Below, piece by piece: positions 1-9,137 of a stretch of DNA of 64,000 nt. Below the pieces are notes generated by a model. It was not told the DNA's origin. It searched no databases and saw only the letters and a list, made by a program, of their open reading frames with translations. Numbering within the stretch: position 1 is the first letter of the stretch; each line of letters opens with the position of its first letter. The stretch lies in sequence record LC597490.1; one strand, given 5' to 3'. A program made the position numbers and the translations under genes.

Positions 1-666
1 ATTTCTGGTGGTCAAGGTGAATCACAAAACAACCTTTTAGGTCTATTTGATGGTACTTCACAGGTGAAACGCTTATATGCAATTACAGTTAACAACTTAC
101 GTCATGTTAGTGAGTTTATGGTAAGTCGTACAGGTCGTTTCCATTATCATATTCGTTTTGATTATCCAACTGCTTCTGAAATCGAAATCTATTTAAAAGA
201 TAAGATTGAAGAACAGTATTATGGTGAAATCAAGCATGTAGTTGCATTTGCTAATAAAGTGAAACTGAATTACGATTCTCTTCGTGCAATCGCATTTGAA
301 TTAAATGGCGGTATTAGCTTCCGTGCTGCTATTAGTGACTTAAATATCTTAGCTACTGATACACAACGTTATGATATTAAAGTTCTATTTAGTGATGGAA
401 AAACAGCAACAATGACTGGTCAGCATATGAATCTGTTCCAAGAGAAGATTCGTATTGATGGTTATAAAGATGGCGGAGATTACTTCTCTATCACATTTGA
501 AGGAAACAAAATTAAATCTGAAATGAACCGCATGTTTGTTGTTGGTGATGACATCTCTTCAGAATGTATGGATGAAGATGGTGACAAAGTTACACAGTAT
601 GAAGTTCAAGGTGTTGAAATTACTCGTCAACAAGAAAGAGCTGTTAACTATCGTTTAGATTATTAA
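1..666 (+). CDS. AAA+ ATPase, C-terminal part (5' truncated by window edge)
   Basis: Frame is open from base 1. NLLGLFDG, sensor-I-like ITVN and Arg-finger-like RTGRF..HIRFDYP. Confidence 0.75.
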   Translation: MSGGQGESQNNLLGLFDGTSQVKRLYAITVNNLRHVSEFMVSRTGRFHYHIRFDYPTASEIEIYLKDKIEEQYYGEIKHVVAFANKVKLNYDSLRAIAFELNGGISFRAAISDLNILATDTQRYDIKVLFSDGKTATMTGQHMNLFQEKIRIDGYKDGGDYFSITFEGNKIKSEMNRMFVVGDDISSECMDEDGDKVTQYEVQGVEITRQQERAVNYRLDY

Positions 667-677
667 TATGTAAAATT

Positions 678-708
678 GGGAGTAGTCATTGTGGCTATTC
701 CCTTTTTT
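678..708 (+). terminator. Intrinsic terminator
   Basis: gggagtagtca/tggctattccc stem followed by T6. Confidence 0.8.
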
Positions 709-725
709 GGTGTAAAGAAGAAAGG

Positions 726-962
726 ATGATTAAAATGATTGATTGGCCAAGAGTTCTTTTTTATATTGCAGCAACTACTATCATTAGTGTTTCTGTAACA
801 AAAATAATTGTTACTTCTCGTTTTATTCAGTACTACATAACAACTGGTCAGTGGAACACCCCTGATTATAATAAGAAAAAAGTAGTGTTATTCCGTCATG
901 TTATGATAGCAGTATTCTTTATTGCTTGGTTTTTAGGTAATATCATTATGAATTATGCTTAG
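726..962 (+). CDS. Small membrane protein
   Basis: SD upstream; two hydrophobic segments. Confidence 0.65.
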   Translation: MIKMIDWPRVLFYIAATTIISVSVTKIIVTSRFIQYYITTGQWNTPDYNKKKVVLFRHVMIAVFFIAWFLGNIIMNYA

Positions 963-977
963 AAAGGGGAGAGACAT

Positions 978-1592
978 ATGATTGATAAAATTAAATCTTT
1001 ACTAGGTTTAGACAAACCAAAGGGAAGAGTTGTGACTGCAAGCAGTAGGGCTTTTACAGCTGAAGAAGAAGCAAAGTACGCAGAAATGGAAAGAGTACGT
1101 GTTCAAGTTGCTGAGAAAGAAGCAGCTAAGTTGCTTGATGTATTAAAAAGAGATTTGGTTTCAGGTGAAACTTGTTATATATATGGAATGAATAAAGTTG
1201 TTCATTGGGGACAAAGAAGACAAACTCTTGCGAAAGCATGGTTAGAAGATGATGGCATTAAATTTGGTAGGTTTGTACCCAAATTATACACATCTGAAGA
1301 AGAAGATGTTTTATTAAAGAATCTGTATGATATGTTTTATGGTCACTTCATAGAATACCATTTTCAATTTCCAAATGAAGTTGAAGATTCATTAGCTGCA
1401 TTAGAAGCTCCTCGTAATTTACAACTTTCACTAGGTTCTACTTCTTTATGGGTAGAGAATGGTAGGTATTATAATCAGTTAAGTGATGCAGAGCCAGTAG
1501 AAATTCATTTGAAGGATTTCTTAGAGCATTTAAAATTACTTGAGTTAGCTAATCCTAAATGGAGTATAAGAGGTGAAAAACATGACAGCTGA
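978..1592 (+). CDS. Hypothetical protein
   Basis: 204 aa ORF, SD ggggag. Confidence 0.7.
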   Translation: MIDKIKSLLGLDKPKGRVVTASSRAFTAEEEAKYAEMERVRVQVAEKEAAKLLDVLKRDLVSGETCYIYGMNKVVHWGQRRQTLAKAWLEDDGIKFGRFVPKLYTSEEEDVLLKNLYDMFYGHFIEYHFQFPNEVEDSLAALEAPRNLQLSLGSTSLWVENGRYYNQLSDAEPVEIHLKDFLEHLKLLELANPKWSIRGEKHDS

Positions 1593-1767
1593 AGAAAGAG
1601 CTAACCTTAAAGAAGGTGATGTGCTTATTCACAATAAAACAAAAGAAGAATTTACAGTTGTTGATTGGCCTACTGGTCAGTTAATATTTGTTGATGATGA
1701 TGCACATGGCATTTATACTAAAGACTTAAAGTTAGAAAATTATACTGTTAAAAGAAAAGAGGGCTAA
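1573..1767 (+). CDS. Hypothetical small protein
   Basis: SD gaggtg, overlaps upstream gene. Confidence 0.6.
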   Translation: MKNMTAEERANLKEGDVLIHNKTKEEFTVVDWPTGQLIFVDDDAHGIYTKDLKLENYTVKRKEG

Positions 1768-1803
1768 TTGGCTCTCTTTTTTTGCCGCTAGGGAGGGTGT
1801 TCC

Positions 1804-1938
1804 ATGAAAAAGAAGAAGAAAAAGAAACCAGCTATTAAGTTGGGCCGAGCGACTTGGCATATACGTCCTACTACAAAAGTGAAAGAAAGTGGTAAGGTGT
1901 ATAAACGTAAGTCTCAAAACTGGCAAAATGAAGAATAA
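1804..1938 (+). CDS. 44 aa very basic protein (not in ORF track)
   Basis: SD ggaggg, ATG 1804, TAA 1936-38; MKKKKKKKPAIKLGRATWHIRPTTKVKESGKVYKRK. Confidence 0.6.
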   Translation: MKKKKKKKPAIKLGRATWHIRPTTKVKESGKVYKRKSQNWQNEE

Positions 1939-1951
1939 GGGAGGAAATGTT

Positions 1952-2350
1952 ATGACAGTAGAAACTACAGATTACACGTATCAGATTCCAGTAACAACAA
2001 AAATTAATGTATTTAGGGATTATCGTAACAGCCCAGCTATCAGCGTTATCTTTGAATGGATTTCACCGATCTCAGGTAAATCAAATAAAGGTAGTGTATA
2101 TTTAGCTACTGGTGTTAGTTATCAAGATTTAATGGAAAAATCCATTGAATTATTTAAGGACCCCGTTAAGGTTCACGAAACAATTAACACACAGATACAA
2201 AAAGAAATTGCAAGTGCTCTTCGCTGGGAAGTGCCAGTTGATATTTATGAGCAAGCAACTGAAGATGAATTTAAAGCTGCACTTTCAACTTTTGATTTTA
2301 ACTTCACAGCTCCAATTGATTTAAAACAAAGTATTCAACCACAAGCATAA
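1952..2350 (+). CDS. Hypothetical protein
   Basis: SD ggagg before ATG 1952. Confidence 0.7.
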   Translation: MTVETTDYTYQIPVTTKINVFRDYRNSPAISVIFEWISPISGKSNKGSVYLATGVSYQDLMEKSIELFKDPVKVHETINTQIQKEIASALRWEVPVDIYEQATEDEFKAALSTFDFNFTAPIDLKQSIQPQA

Positions 2351-2356
2351 GTAAAA

Positions 2357-2380
2357 GGCGGGCTTCGGTCCGCTTTTTTT
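2357..2380 (+). terminator. Intrinsic terminator
   Basis: gcgggc-ttcg-gtccgc followed by T7. Confidence 0.85.
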
Positions 2381-2402
2381 ATTCCGCTATTGAGGTGATA
2401 AT

Positions 2403-2705
2403 ATGAGTAAAAGAACAACAGATATTAAATTTCCTATTACTCATAAAGAGATAGGAAATGGCACAGTTGTATTTTATGCTTCTACTTATAGGAAAGATTG
2501 GGCAGGAAGCAATGAGCATCATCCAATTCCTAAATATCCAGAAAATGACCACTTATTAGAAGAAGGTATTATGGGCGCAAATAGGCAAAACAATTATCGA
2601 ACAGATAGTTGGAGGTTGAAAAAAATACAATGTAAATTAGTTGATTTAAACAATGAAATGAGTATTATGAAGTTTAAACAAGAAGGTGTTATCTATGAGG
2701 TTTAA
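2403..2705 (+). CDS. Hypothetical protein with C-terminal tag
   Basis: Ends N-EMSIMK-FKQE-GVIYEV. Confidence 0.7.
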   Translation: MSKRTTDIKFPITHKEIGNGTVVFYASTYRKDWAGSNEHHPIPKYPENDHLLEEGIMGANRQNNYRTDSWRLKKIQCKLVDLNNEMSIMKFKQEGVIYEV

Positions 2706-2973
2706 AGTAGGTGATGTCGTTGAAATTGTTGAAGGTAGTTTCTTTTACCAACAACAATTTTCATCTGGCGGTAAAAAGTTGAAAGGTATCATCGTAGATG
2801 TAAGCGGTCAAGGTGATTGGTACAATTCACATTATGATTATAGAGTACAATGGTGGATGGGGAATAGAAATCAAGGTAAATTCTTCTATAATGATATTCA
2901 TCTACAATTGGTTAATCAACATAATGAAAGTACACTTCTTTCTATGAAGAAGGAGGAAACATATGAGTTTTAA
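2695..2973 (+). CDS. Array A paralog 1 (SH3/KOW-like), C-tagged
   Basis: FKVGDVVEIVEGS..YDYRVQW..YNDIHL; ends N-ESTLLS-MKKE. Confidence 0.7.
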   Translation: MRFKVGDVVEIVEGSFFYQQQFSSGGKKLKGIIVDVSGQGDWYNSHYDYRVQWWMGNRNQGKFFYNDIHLQLVNQHNESTLLSMKKEETYEF

Positions 2974-3247
2974 TATAGGTGACAAAGTAGAAATTCGTAA
3001 AGGTAGTCAATATTTTGGTCAACAAATGCGTGGTATGAAGAAAATGGAAGGCATTGTTACAGATGTTTCAGGCCTAAATGAATGGGTAAGTACTAGCTTT
3101 AAATATAAAGTAAGTTGGATGTTAAACAATAAAGAAATGACTGCATATCTTTATAATGATAAAGATTTAAAACCACTCATTATTAGCAATCAAAAAGTAT
3201 TATCTAGTTTAAAACGAGACAATACCGATGATTGGAGTGTTATATGA
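2963..3247 (+). CDS. Array A paralog 2, C-tagged
   Basis: FNIGDKVEIRKGS..FKYKVSW..YNDKDL; ends N-QKVLSS-LKRD. Confidence 0.7.
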   Translation: MSFNIGDKVEIRKGSQYFGQQMRGMKKMEGIVTDVSGLNEWVSTSFKYKVSWMLNNKEMTAYLYNDKDLKPLIISNQKVLSSLKRDNTDDWSVI

Positions 3248-3531
3248 TGTTGCTTCCACTTGGTACAAAAGTAATTATCCGAGAAGGAACTCAGTTTAAA
3301 GGTCAAGATTCTTACTTTAAACATGGTTATAATGGCTCTAAAGAACAAGGTTATGGCATCATAAATCACTATATTAACATTGAAGATTTTTGTTATAGTG
3401 TTCTTTGGTATAAACAAAATGGTGAGAGATATGGCTCCAATAATTATCGTAGAAGAGATTTACAAGCTATCATTGGAAACAATGAAGAAGCGAAACTTCA
3501 ACTTAAAGTAGATGATGATATTCTAATTTAA
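3244..3531 (+). CDS. Array A paralog 3, C-tagged
   Basis: LPLGTKVIIREGT..YSVLW..YRRRDL; ends N-EEAKLQ-LKVD. Confidence 0.7.
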   Translation: MMLLPLGTKVIIREGTQFKGQDSYFKHGYNGSKEQGYGIINHYINIEDFCYSVLWYKQNGERYGSNNYRRRDLQAIIGNNEEAKLQLKVDDDILI

Positions 3532-3548
3532 GTGTAGGAGGAATTGAA

Positions 3549-3836
3549 ATGAGTAATGAATTGCTCCCAGTAGGTGCGAAAGTAACCTTATTACCTACAT
3601 CTGATTTTGCAGGTCAAGATTATTACAGAGAACATGGTGAAAGGGTTAAGGCACCATTCGGTATTATTGTTCAACAAGTTGGTCGTCGTAATGGCTTTGC
3701 TTACCACATTGATTGGTATACAAAAGATGGTAGGAAGTTTTATTCTGATGCTTATACTAGGCATTGTGTAAAAGCAGTTGTTGTTAACAATGATGATACA
3801 CTCTTATTATTTAAAAGTGATGAAATTAATATATAG
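3549..3836 (+). CDS. Array A paralog 4, C-tagged
   Basis: LPVGAKVTLLPTS..YHIDW; ends N-DDTLLL-FKSD. Confidence 0.7.
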   Translation: MSNELLPVGAKVTLLPTSDFAGQDYYREHGERVKAPFGIIVQQVGRRNGFAYHIDWYTKDGRKFYSDAYTRHCVKAVVVNNDDTLLLFKSDEINI

Positions 3837-3853
3837 AAAGGGGAGAAAAGAAG

Positions 3854-3967
3854 ATGTGTCAAAAACATAAATGGATTAAAACGTTTGAAGACAAGGTACG
3901 TGGTATCGTTGTTAAGAAATGTGCTTTCTGTTGTAATACGAGAAAGAAACGAACAAAAGCAAGTTAA
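3854..3967 (+). CDS. 37 aa Cys/His protein, possible zinc binder (not in ORF track)
   Basis: SD gggag; MCQKHKW...KCAFCC. Confidence 0.5.
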   Translation: MCQKHKWIKTFEDKVRGIVVKKCAFCCNTRKKRTKAS

Positions 3968-3982
3968 AGGAGGTTGTCCCTC

Positions 3983-4414
3983 ATGTTGCCAGGATTTACT
4001 GGTGTATTGCATTATGAACAACAAGAAATTCCTTTTTATTTAAATCCGACCTTCAATGAAGATGCTGACGCTATTGAAGCATTAGAGCCAGGTGAATCAC
4101 TACTTCTTTTTTATGATAGTCATGAACAAAAAGACAAGGATTACCTAATTAGAACCATATTGGAGGAATTCAGTTATTCATTAGAAGATAAACTTTGTAA
4201 CTCTGAAATAAAGGAATTGATTGATAGGTTGAAAATAGATGATATAGGACCTACTCAACATTTCATAGATAAAGACTTAGTAGAGGTTCAAGTTCATGAA
4301 GAAGAAATAAAAATGCAAGATTGGGCTACTGGTGGATTCTTTAAAATAACAAATCCTGAGTATAACAATGAAAGTTATATGTACAAAATGAAATCGGAAT
4401 TAGAAACTAGGTGA
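3983..4414 (+). CDS. Hypothetical protein, C-tagged
   Basis: SD aggagg before ATG 3983; ends N-ESYMYK-MKSE-LETR. Confidence 0.7.
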   Translation: MLPGFTGVLHYEQQEIPFYLNPTFNEDADAIEALEPGESLLLFYDSHEQKDKDYLIRTILEEFSYSLEDKLCNSEIKELIDRLKIDDIGPTQHFIDKDLVEVQVHEEEIKMQDWATGGFFKITNPEYNNESYMYKMKSELETR

Positions 4415-4465
4415 TAGTACGAATGAAGATACTTTATTCAAAATGTCACATGAGGAGGATGTATT

Positions 4466-4858
4466 ATGACATGGCAAGATTTAGCTGATAAATATCTTGA
4501 TAAAGCTGGCAAGTACATTGACCAGTTTGCAGCAAAATTAGGTACAACATCTGAATATATTTTTGAGATATTAGTTAAGCAACAAATAGCCGCTGGTATC
4601 AGTGGTATTATCTTTTTTGCTGTATTGTTAATCATATCTCTTGTTTCTATTAAATTAGGTGTGAAATGGTTCAAGATGGATTCCCGACGTGGTGACTGGG
4701 ACTATCAGTATATGGCTATGTGGGCTTCCATCATTGGTTTAGTAGTTCTATTACTCTCTCTAGCAGGGATAGGGTACAATATCAGATTGATTATTAATCC
4801 TGAGTATTATGCAATTCAGGATATCGTTAATTTCATCAAGGAGAAAGTAGGTAACTAA
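4466..4858 (+). CDS. Membrane protein (2 TM)
   Basis: SD gaggagg; two hydrophobic helices. Confidence 0.7.
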   Translation: MTWQDLADKYLDKAGKYIDQFAAKLGTTSEYIFEILVKQQIAAGISGIIFFAVLLIISLVSIKLGVKWFKMDSRRGDWDYQYMAMWASIIGLVVLLLSLAGIGYNIRLIINPEYYAIQDIVNFIKEKVGN

Positions 4859-4859
4859 A

Positions 4860-5003
4860 GTGAAGTTCCTAATGTATTTGATTGTAGGAATTATATTCTT
4901 TATTTTTGTAGCTCCTGTAATCGTAGCGGCAGCGGCTCCAGTACTATGTTTTGTGCTGGCTGCTGCTTTTATTGTCTTTATTGCTAAGATGACGAAAGGA
5001 TGA
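4860..5003 (+). CDS. 47 aa hydrophobic membrane peptide
   Basis: GTG start, continuous hydrophobic sequence; resembles next ORF. Confidence 0.5.
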   Translation: MKFLMYLIVGIIFFIFVAPVIVAAAAPVLCFVLAAAFIVFIAKMTKG

Positions 5004-5008
5004 GGCTT

Positions 5009-5155
5009 ATGCTTAAAGGTATCATCGGCATAATCGTTGGTTTGATATTCTTCTTATTTATCTTACCAGTGATTATGTCCTTTGCCTTTCCTATTATTAT
5101 CATGGCAATCGTTGTTGGTTTTGTGTTATGGGTAGTAGGAATGTCAAAGGAGTGA
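5009..5155 (+). CDS. 48 aa hydrophobic membrane peptide
   Basis: ATG 5009, TGA 5153-55; MLKGIIGIIVGLIFFFIILP. Confidence 0.5.
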   Translation: MLKGIIGIIVGLIFFLFILPVIMSFAFPIIIMAIVVGFVLWVVGMSKE

Positions 5156-5159
5156 TATT

Positions 5160-5615
5160 ATGTCAATGTTAAGACATATAACAACTAGAGTTTGTCCTGA
5201 TTGTAAATGCACAATTATTAATAAAGAAGAGGTTAATGTTAGAAGGTTGGAAGATGGAGTTACTATTCCAACTCATAAGGTTTCTGGCAAAAGAATTGAA
5301 CGTAGATTCTTTGCTTGTGGATATACAGTTGAATTTCATCCTCTTGATGACAAAGAAAAAGTAATTGATATTTGCTTATATCATCCTAGAATTAAAAAGA
5401 TCAATGATGCACGTCAACAAGCTATTACTGATGTCTTTTGGTTTATTCGAAAATTAAAAGTTGATGGCATATTTAAGAAACATCTTGGTAATTGTATTGA
5501 GGGTCAAGATAGGATAGCAAAGTTTCCTAAAGAAGCTATTATTGAAGGTTACTTAGAAAGTTATTTGGAAGGAGATGAGCCAGATGTCGATGTTGAAACA
5601 CGTTCAAACAAATAG
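5160..5615 (+). CDS. Zinc-ribbon-like protein (paralog of next gene)
   Basis: MSMLRHITTRVCPDC...RRFFACG...C. Confidence 0.65.
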   Translation: MSMLRHITTRVCPDCKCTIINKEEVNVRRLEDGVTIPTHKVSGKRIERRFFACGYTVEFHPLDDKEKVIDICLYHPRIKKINDARQQAITDVFWFIRKLKVDGIFKKHLGNCIEGQDRIAKFPKEAIIEGYLESYLEGDEPDVDVETRSNK

Positions 5616-5949
5616 ATGTCCAAAATGTGGTGAATCAACAGTAATTGAAGAGAAAGTCGGTTATAGTTATTTCAATGGTCAGATTCATATTCACGAACAT
5701 GTTAATGGTCATCGTGATGAAACAAGAAGATTTGCTTGTGGGCAAGCAGTAAGTTATAGTAAAAACTTCCGTGAAGAAAAACTAGAAACTGCTGGTTATA
5801 CTTGTTTACGAGACCCTGAGCGTATTGAAAGGGAAAAACAAAAGGTTCAACTCGAAGAAGATGTTCGAGAATTTATTAAAGGCTCTGAGCTTCCTGATGA
5901 TGTAAAACGTTCAGTTGCTGAAAAACTTTATATCAGATTGGAGGATTGA
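5584..5949 (+). CDS. Zinc-ribbon-like protein (paralog of previous gene)
   Basis: MSMLKHVQTNRCPKC...RRFACG...C. Confidence 0.65.
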   Translation: MSMLKHVQTNRCPKCGESTVIEEKVGYSYFNGQIHIHEHVNGHRDETRRFACGQAVSYSKNFREEKLETAGYTCLRDPERIEREKQKVQLEEDVREFIKGSELPDDVKRSVAEKLYIRLED

Positions 5950-6221
5950 TTATGCTACAAGTTAAAGACAATGTTTGTGTTCTTTCTACTTTAGATGATA
6001 GTAATAATGATGCCTGGTTTGTTGCTCCTCGTGGTATCACTGATAGGAATGTTCCTTCTGGGTATAAAGCATGGGGCTGGGGAACAATTACTGCTTTTAA
6101 AAAGCCTGTTATGATGGATAGCCCAGTAACAAATATTAAATGTATTGAAGTTCAACATTGTTTAGAAGTTGGTTATGATAAGGAATTATGGGATGAATGT
6201 TTGTCTATCCTAAACAAATAA
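5946..6221 (+). CDS. Hypothetical protein
   Basis: 91 aa, translationally coupled. Confidence 0.6.
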   Translation: MIMLQVKDNVCVLSTLDDSNNDAWFVAPRGITDRNVPSGYKAWGWGTITAFKKPVMMDSPVTNIKCIEVQHCLEVGYDKELWDECLSILNK

Positions 6222-6246
6222 AGAATGATAGAATAGGAGGTGCTTT

Positions 6247-6894
6247 ATGTACATACATGTTTACAAGGAAGATACATCATCGTTTAATCCTTTTCGAAAA
6301 AAGTTTACAAATTCATTGTTGAATATACCTATCGTATTTAAAGAACCTTCTCGTAATCAAAAAATTATTTATCCTAATCATAAAGACTTTGAAGATTGTG
6401 TTCATAACAATGTCATGCTTGATGCGTTAGGATTTACTGATGATGATTATTATGCGTCAAAAAGTTGGGGTAAGGAAATTAATCATATCCATGAAGATTG
6501 TTTTAGAATCGTTCAGAAGATGGAAATGGTTAAACCTATAATACTCGTTCGAGTGAAACCAAACCGTCATAAGATTTGGCGTAATTTCATTGGTTTTACT
6601 TTACAAGTATTAGTTCCAAGACATGAAATACATTTTGAAAATAATTATGAATTGAATCATTCTTTATTCTTTAGTGAGTTTGTTGAAAATCAATGTCCAC
6701 GTAGGGTAGTTGATACTGGTTTTGGTAGCACTCGTACTTTTATAGACCATGAACCATATAAGAGATTAAGAGCACTTCATAATTACACTGATTATTTGTA
6801 TTATGTTCCAAAGAAAATTGTTGATATCGTCTCACCAGCTGAGATGTTTCAAAATAAATTAATCGAACAAGGAAAAGGAGAGGTTTTAATATGA
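6247..6894 (+). CDS. Hypothetical protein
   Basis: SD ggagg; 215 aa. Confidence 0.7.
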   Translation: MYIHVYKEDTSSFNPFRKKFTNSLLNIPIVFKEPSRNQKIIYPNHKDFEDCVHNNVMLDALGFTDDDYYASKSWGKEINHIHEDCFRIVQKMEMVKPIILVRVKPNRHKIWRNFIGFTLQVLVPRHEIHFENNYELNHSLFFSEFVENQCPRRVVDTGFGSTRTFIDHEPYKRLRALHNYTDYLYYVPKKIVDIVSPAEMFQNKLIEQGKGEVLI

Positions 6895-7589
6895 CAATCA
6901 CAATCAAAATTCAAAAGGTAACAGTTCCAGCTTTAGAAAACTTAACACTTGAGGGCGTTGAGTTACAAATTGAAAATCCATTAGCTGCTTTAACTGATGG
7001 AGGTATTTTCGGCAACATCGAATCTTTAGTGGAAGCAATCATTGAAGATGCAGAAAAAGAAGAGAAAGCTCCTGGTTTTGCAAATGAGCCTGAAATTGAT
7101 GTTGATTTCCCTCATGATATTCCAGAAGGATTTCGTAAGTTTCTTGAATCACAAAAAGCTGCTCAAGAATCAGTAAAGAAAGAATCATCAAAAGCTACAA
7201 TTCCTTTCCCGTTCGCAGGTAATATTCAACATGGTTTTAATGCATTAGATGGTTTAAATGTTCCTACTCCAGAGCAAGTACAAAAAGCTCTAGAAGGAAT
7301 TGGCGGTCTTCCAATTGGCAAGTTAGCATCATTTGGCAATATTGGTAAGCCTGGTAATAAATCATTTGGTGAAATGTTAGCAGAAGCAGTTGAACAATCT
7401 ACAAAAGCAAGTAATGAAGGTGGGGGTATTGGTATCCCAGGTCTTGAAGGACTTCAACGATGTGTTATGGTTGGTCCTAATGGGAAACCTCAAGAAATTA
7501 AGCCTGAAGATGCATTCAAAATGATTTCAGAATTGAAAGCATTGGGTGCAGTTCCTCATATCACAGCTATTAAGAAAGGGAATAAGTAA
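6891..7589 (+). CDS. Hypothetical Gly/Pro-rich protein
   Basis: 232 aa, ATGA overlap, followed by terminator 7588-7613. Confidence 0.7.
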   Translation: MTITIKIQKVTVPALENLTLEGVELQIENPLAALTDGGIFGNIESLVEAIIEDAEKEEKAPGFANEPEIDVDFPHDIPEGFRKFLESQKAAQESVKKESSKATIPFPFAGNIQHGFNALDGLNVPTPEQVQKALEGIGGLPIGKLASFGNIGKPGNKSFGEMLAEAVEQSTKASNEGGGIGIPGLEGLQRCVMVGPNGKPQEIKPEDAFKMISELKALGAVPHITAIKKGNK

Positions 7590-7613
7590 GCGGCTCTTAT
7601 GAGCTGCTTTTTT
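7588..7613 (+). terminator. Intrinsic terminator
   Basis: aagcggctc-ttat-gagctgctt followed by a T run. Confidence 0.75.
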
Positions 7614-7634
7614 CTTATCTAGGGGGATATAACA

Positions 7635-8123
7635 ATGATTAGATTTTATATTTTCAACCATACAACTGTTAGAAGGAAGACAGAAGCGTTCTTTCAGGAA
7701 CATGGATTAAAATATGAGGTAAAATCGACAAGGGAAATATCATTCAACTTGTTTTGTGATATGTTAAGTAAAGCTGTTGATGGAGTAGGAGATATTATTA
7801 ATCTTAAATCTCCAATTTTTCAAAAGCACAATGTTAACCCAGAAGAACTAACGTTAAGTCAGTTATATGCTTTTGGAATGCAACACATTGATATCTTTAA
7901 GAAGCCAATCATCTTTAATGGTGAATTAACTTATGGTGGTATCACTGAGAATTCATTAAACAGTTTTTTACCAAGCAAATCACGTAGACAAACACTCAAT
8001 CGAATCCTGACTCACATTCGCAAGATTGAAGACAAGAGAGAGGAGGAGAGAATAAGAGAAGAGCTGAAACAACTAGAATTGAAACGACAACGAAGAAAGA
8101 AAGCGAGTGTGTCTGCAAAATGA
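7635..8123 (+). CDS. Spx/MgsR (ArsC-like) family regulator lacking CXXC
   Basis: DGVGDIINLKSPIFQKHNVNPEELTLSQLY, KPII and FLP..R align with Bacillus Spx; CTSC is replaced by HTTV. Confidence 0.75.
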   Translation: MIRFYIFNHTTVRRKTEAFFQEHGLKYEVKSTREISFNLFCDMLSKAVDGVGDIINLKSPIFQKHNVNPEELTLSQLYAFGMQHIDIFKKPIIFNGELTYGGITENSLNSFLPSKSRRQTLNRILTHIRKIEDKREEERIREELKQLELKRQRRKKASVSAK

Positions 8124-8222
8124 TGTATTATGGTGTTGTATTATGTTTTACTGGGGCATTTGTTTCCTCAACGATCTTTGGTCTTATCGCAAGTCTATTC
8201 TCAATTTAAAGGAGAGATTTAA

Positions 8223-8495
8223 ATGTTAACAAAAGTAGAAGCTCCAACTCACAAGCTTGAATTAGATTTACCGTTAATTGACAGAACTGTTCAATTAGCG
8301 AAACAAACTTGTCCTCATTGTGACAACGTTATCGGTGAAGGAATCTTCATTGATACAATTGATGAAAAAGATATGGTGGCAAAAGGTGATATTCATCAAT
8401 GTCCAAATTGCATTGAGTTTTATGCAGTCATTGATAAGCCAGTATTCCCACAAGGGATTGATACAGTCTGGACGAAGGTTAAAGTTAAAAAATAA
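8223..8495 (+). CDS. Zinc-ribbon protein
   Basis: CPHC...CPNC. Confidence 0.65.
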   Translation: MLTKVEAPTHKLELDLPLIDRTVQLAKQTCPHCDNVIGEGIFIDTIDEKDMVAKGDIHQCPNCIEFYAVIDKPVFPQGIDTVWTKVKVKK

Positions 8496-8532
8496 AGGGA
8501 GTTAAAGGCTCCCTAAGGAAGGAGGGAGCAGG

Positions 8533-8712
8533 ATGAACTTGTTCGCATATCATTTAGTAGAACAGCTAATATCAGATTATACAGAACAGAACCCAACGGC
8601 ATCATTTGATGATGTAAAAGGGCGAGTTCATCAGCATTTTAATATTCATACGTCTCAAGCAGATGATATGATTAATGTACTGATTCGTCGAGGGATGAAA
8701 AGGGCAGGATAG
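8533..8712 (+). CDS. 59 aa hypothetical protein (not in ORF track)
   Basis: SD ggaggg, ATG 8533, TAG 8710-12. Confidence 0.55.
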   Translation: MNLFAYHLVEQLISDYTEQNPTASFDDVKGRVHQHFNIHTSQADDMINVLIRRGMKRAG

Positions 8713-8807
8713 TTTCCTGTCTAAAGTAGGAAAGAGGGTTGCTTCCCCCGCACCCACACTCCCTTTTTCCTGCTTTAGAGAAGGAATTATTCTTCTAGGA
8801 GGTAATT

Positions 8808-9137
8808 ATGGATACATTATCAGCTAAAAATATTCGTCGTAAGTATTACTTCAAAGGTTTTTGTAGTTATTATAAGTCGTTATTATTACCATTATCTTTA
8901 TTTTGTGTTTTTATTGCTGGTGCTTGTTTTTCATCAGATACAAGTAATTTAGCATTCTATTTTATTGTAACTGGTGTTTTATTACTTGTTGGTAGTATCT
9001 TTGTTGGATTTCATTTTCATATGGAAGTGAAACCGATGATAGAATTCATCTTTCAGGAAGCAATTGAAGAATGGCATCAAGATAATATCAATATGGAATA
9101 TTCATCGTTACAAAGTAAGTTCAATCGTACATTTTAA
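8808..9137 (+). CDS. Membrane protein
   Basis: SD aggagg; two TM segments. Confidence 0.65.
   Translation: MDTLSAKNIRRKYYFKGFCSYYKSLLLPLSLFCVFIAGACFSSDTSNLAFYFIVTGVLLLVGSIFVGFHFHMEVKPMIEFIFQEAIEEWHQDNINMEYSSLQSKFNRTF

Noticed and set aside
6247-6894. Endings QNKLIEQGKGE (6247-6894), SKTLALCGVKED (51204-51710) and NYFIIEKREKE (21699-22031) as extra tagged proteins
   Set aside because: The Asn is off-register or the hydrophobic position is not matched, so they were excluded from the count of 35.
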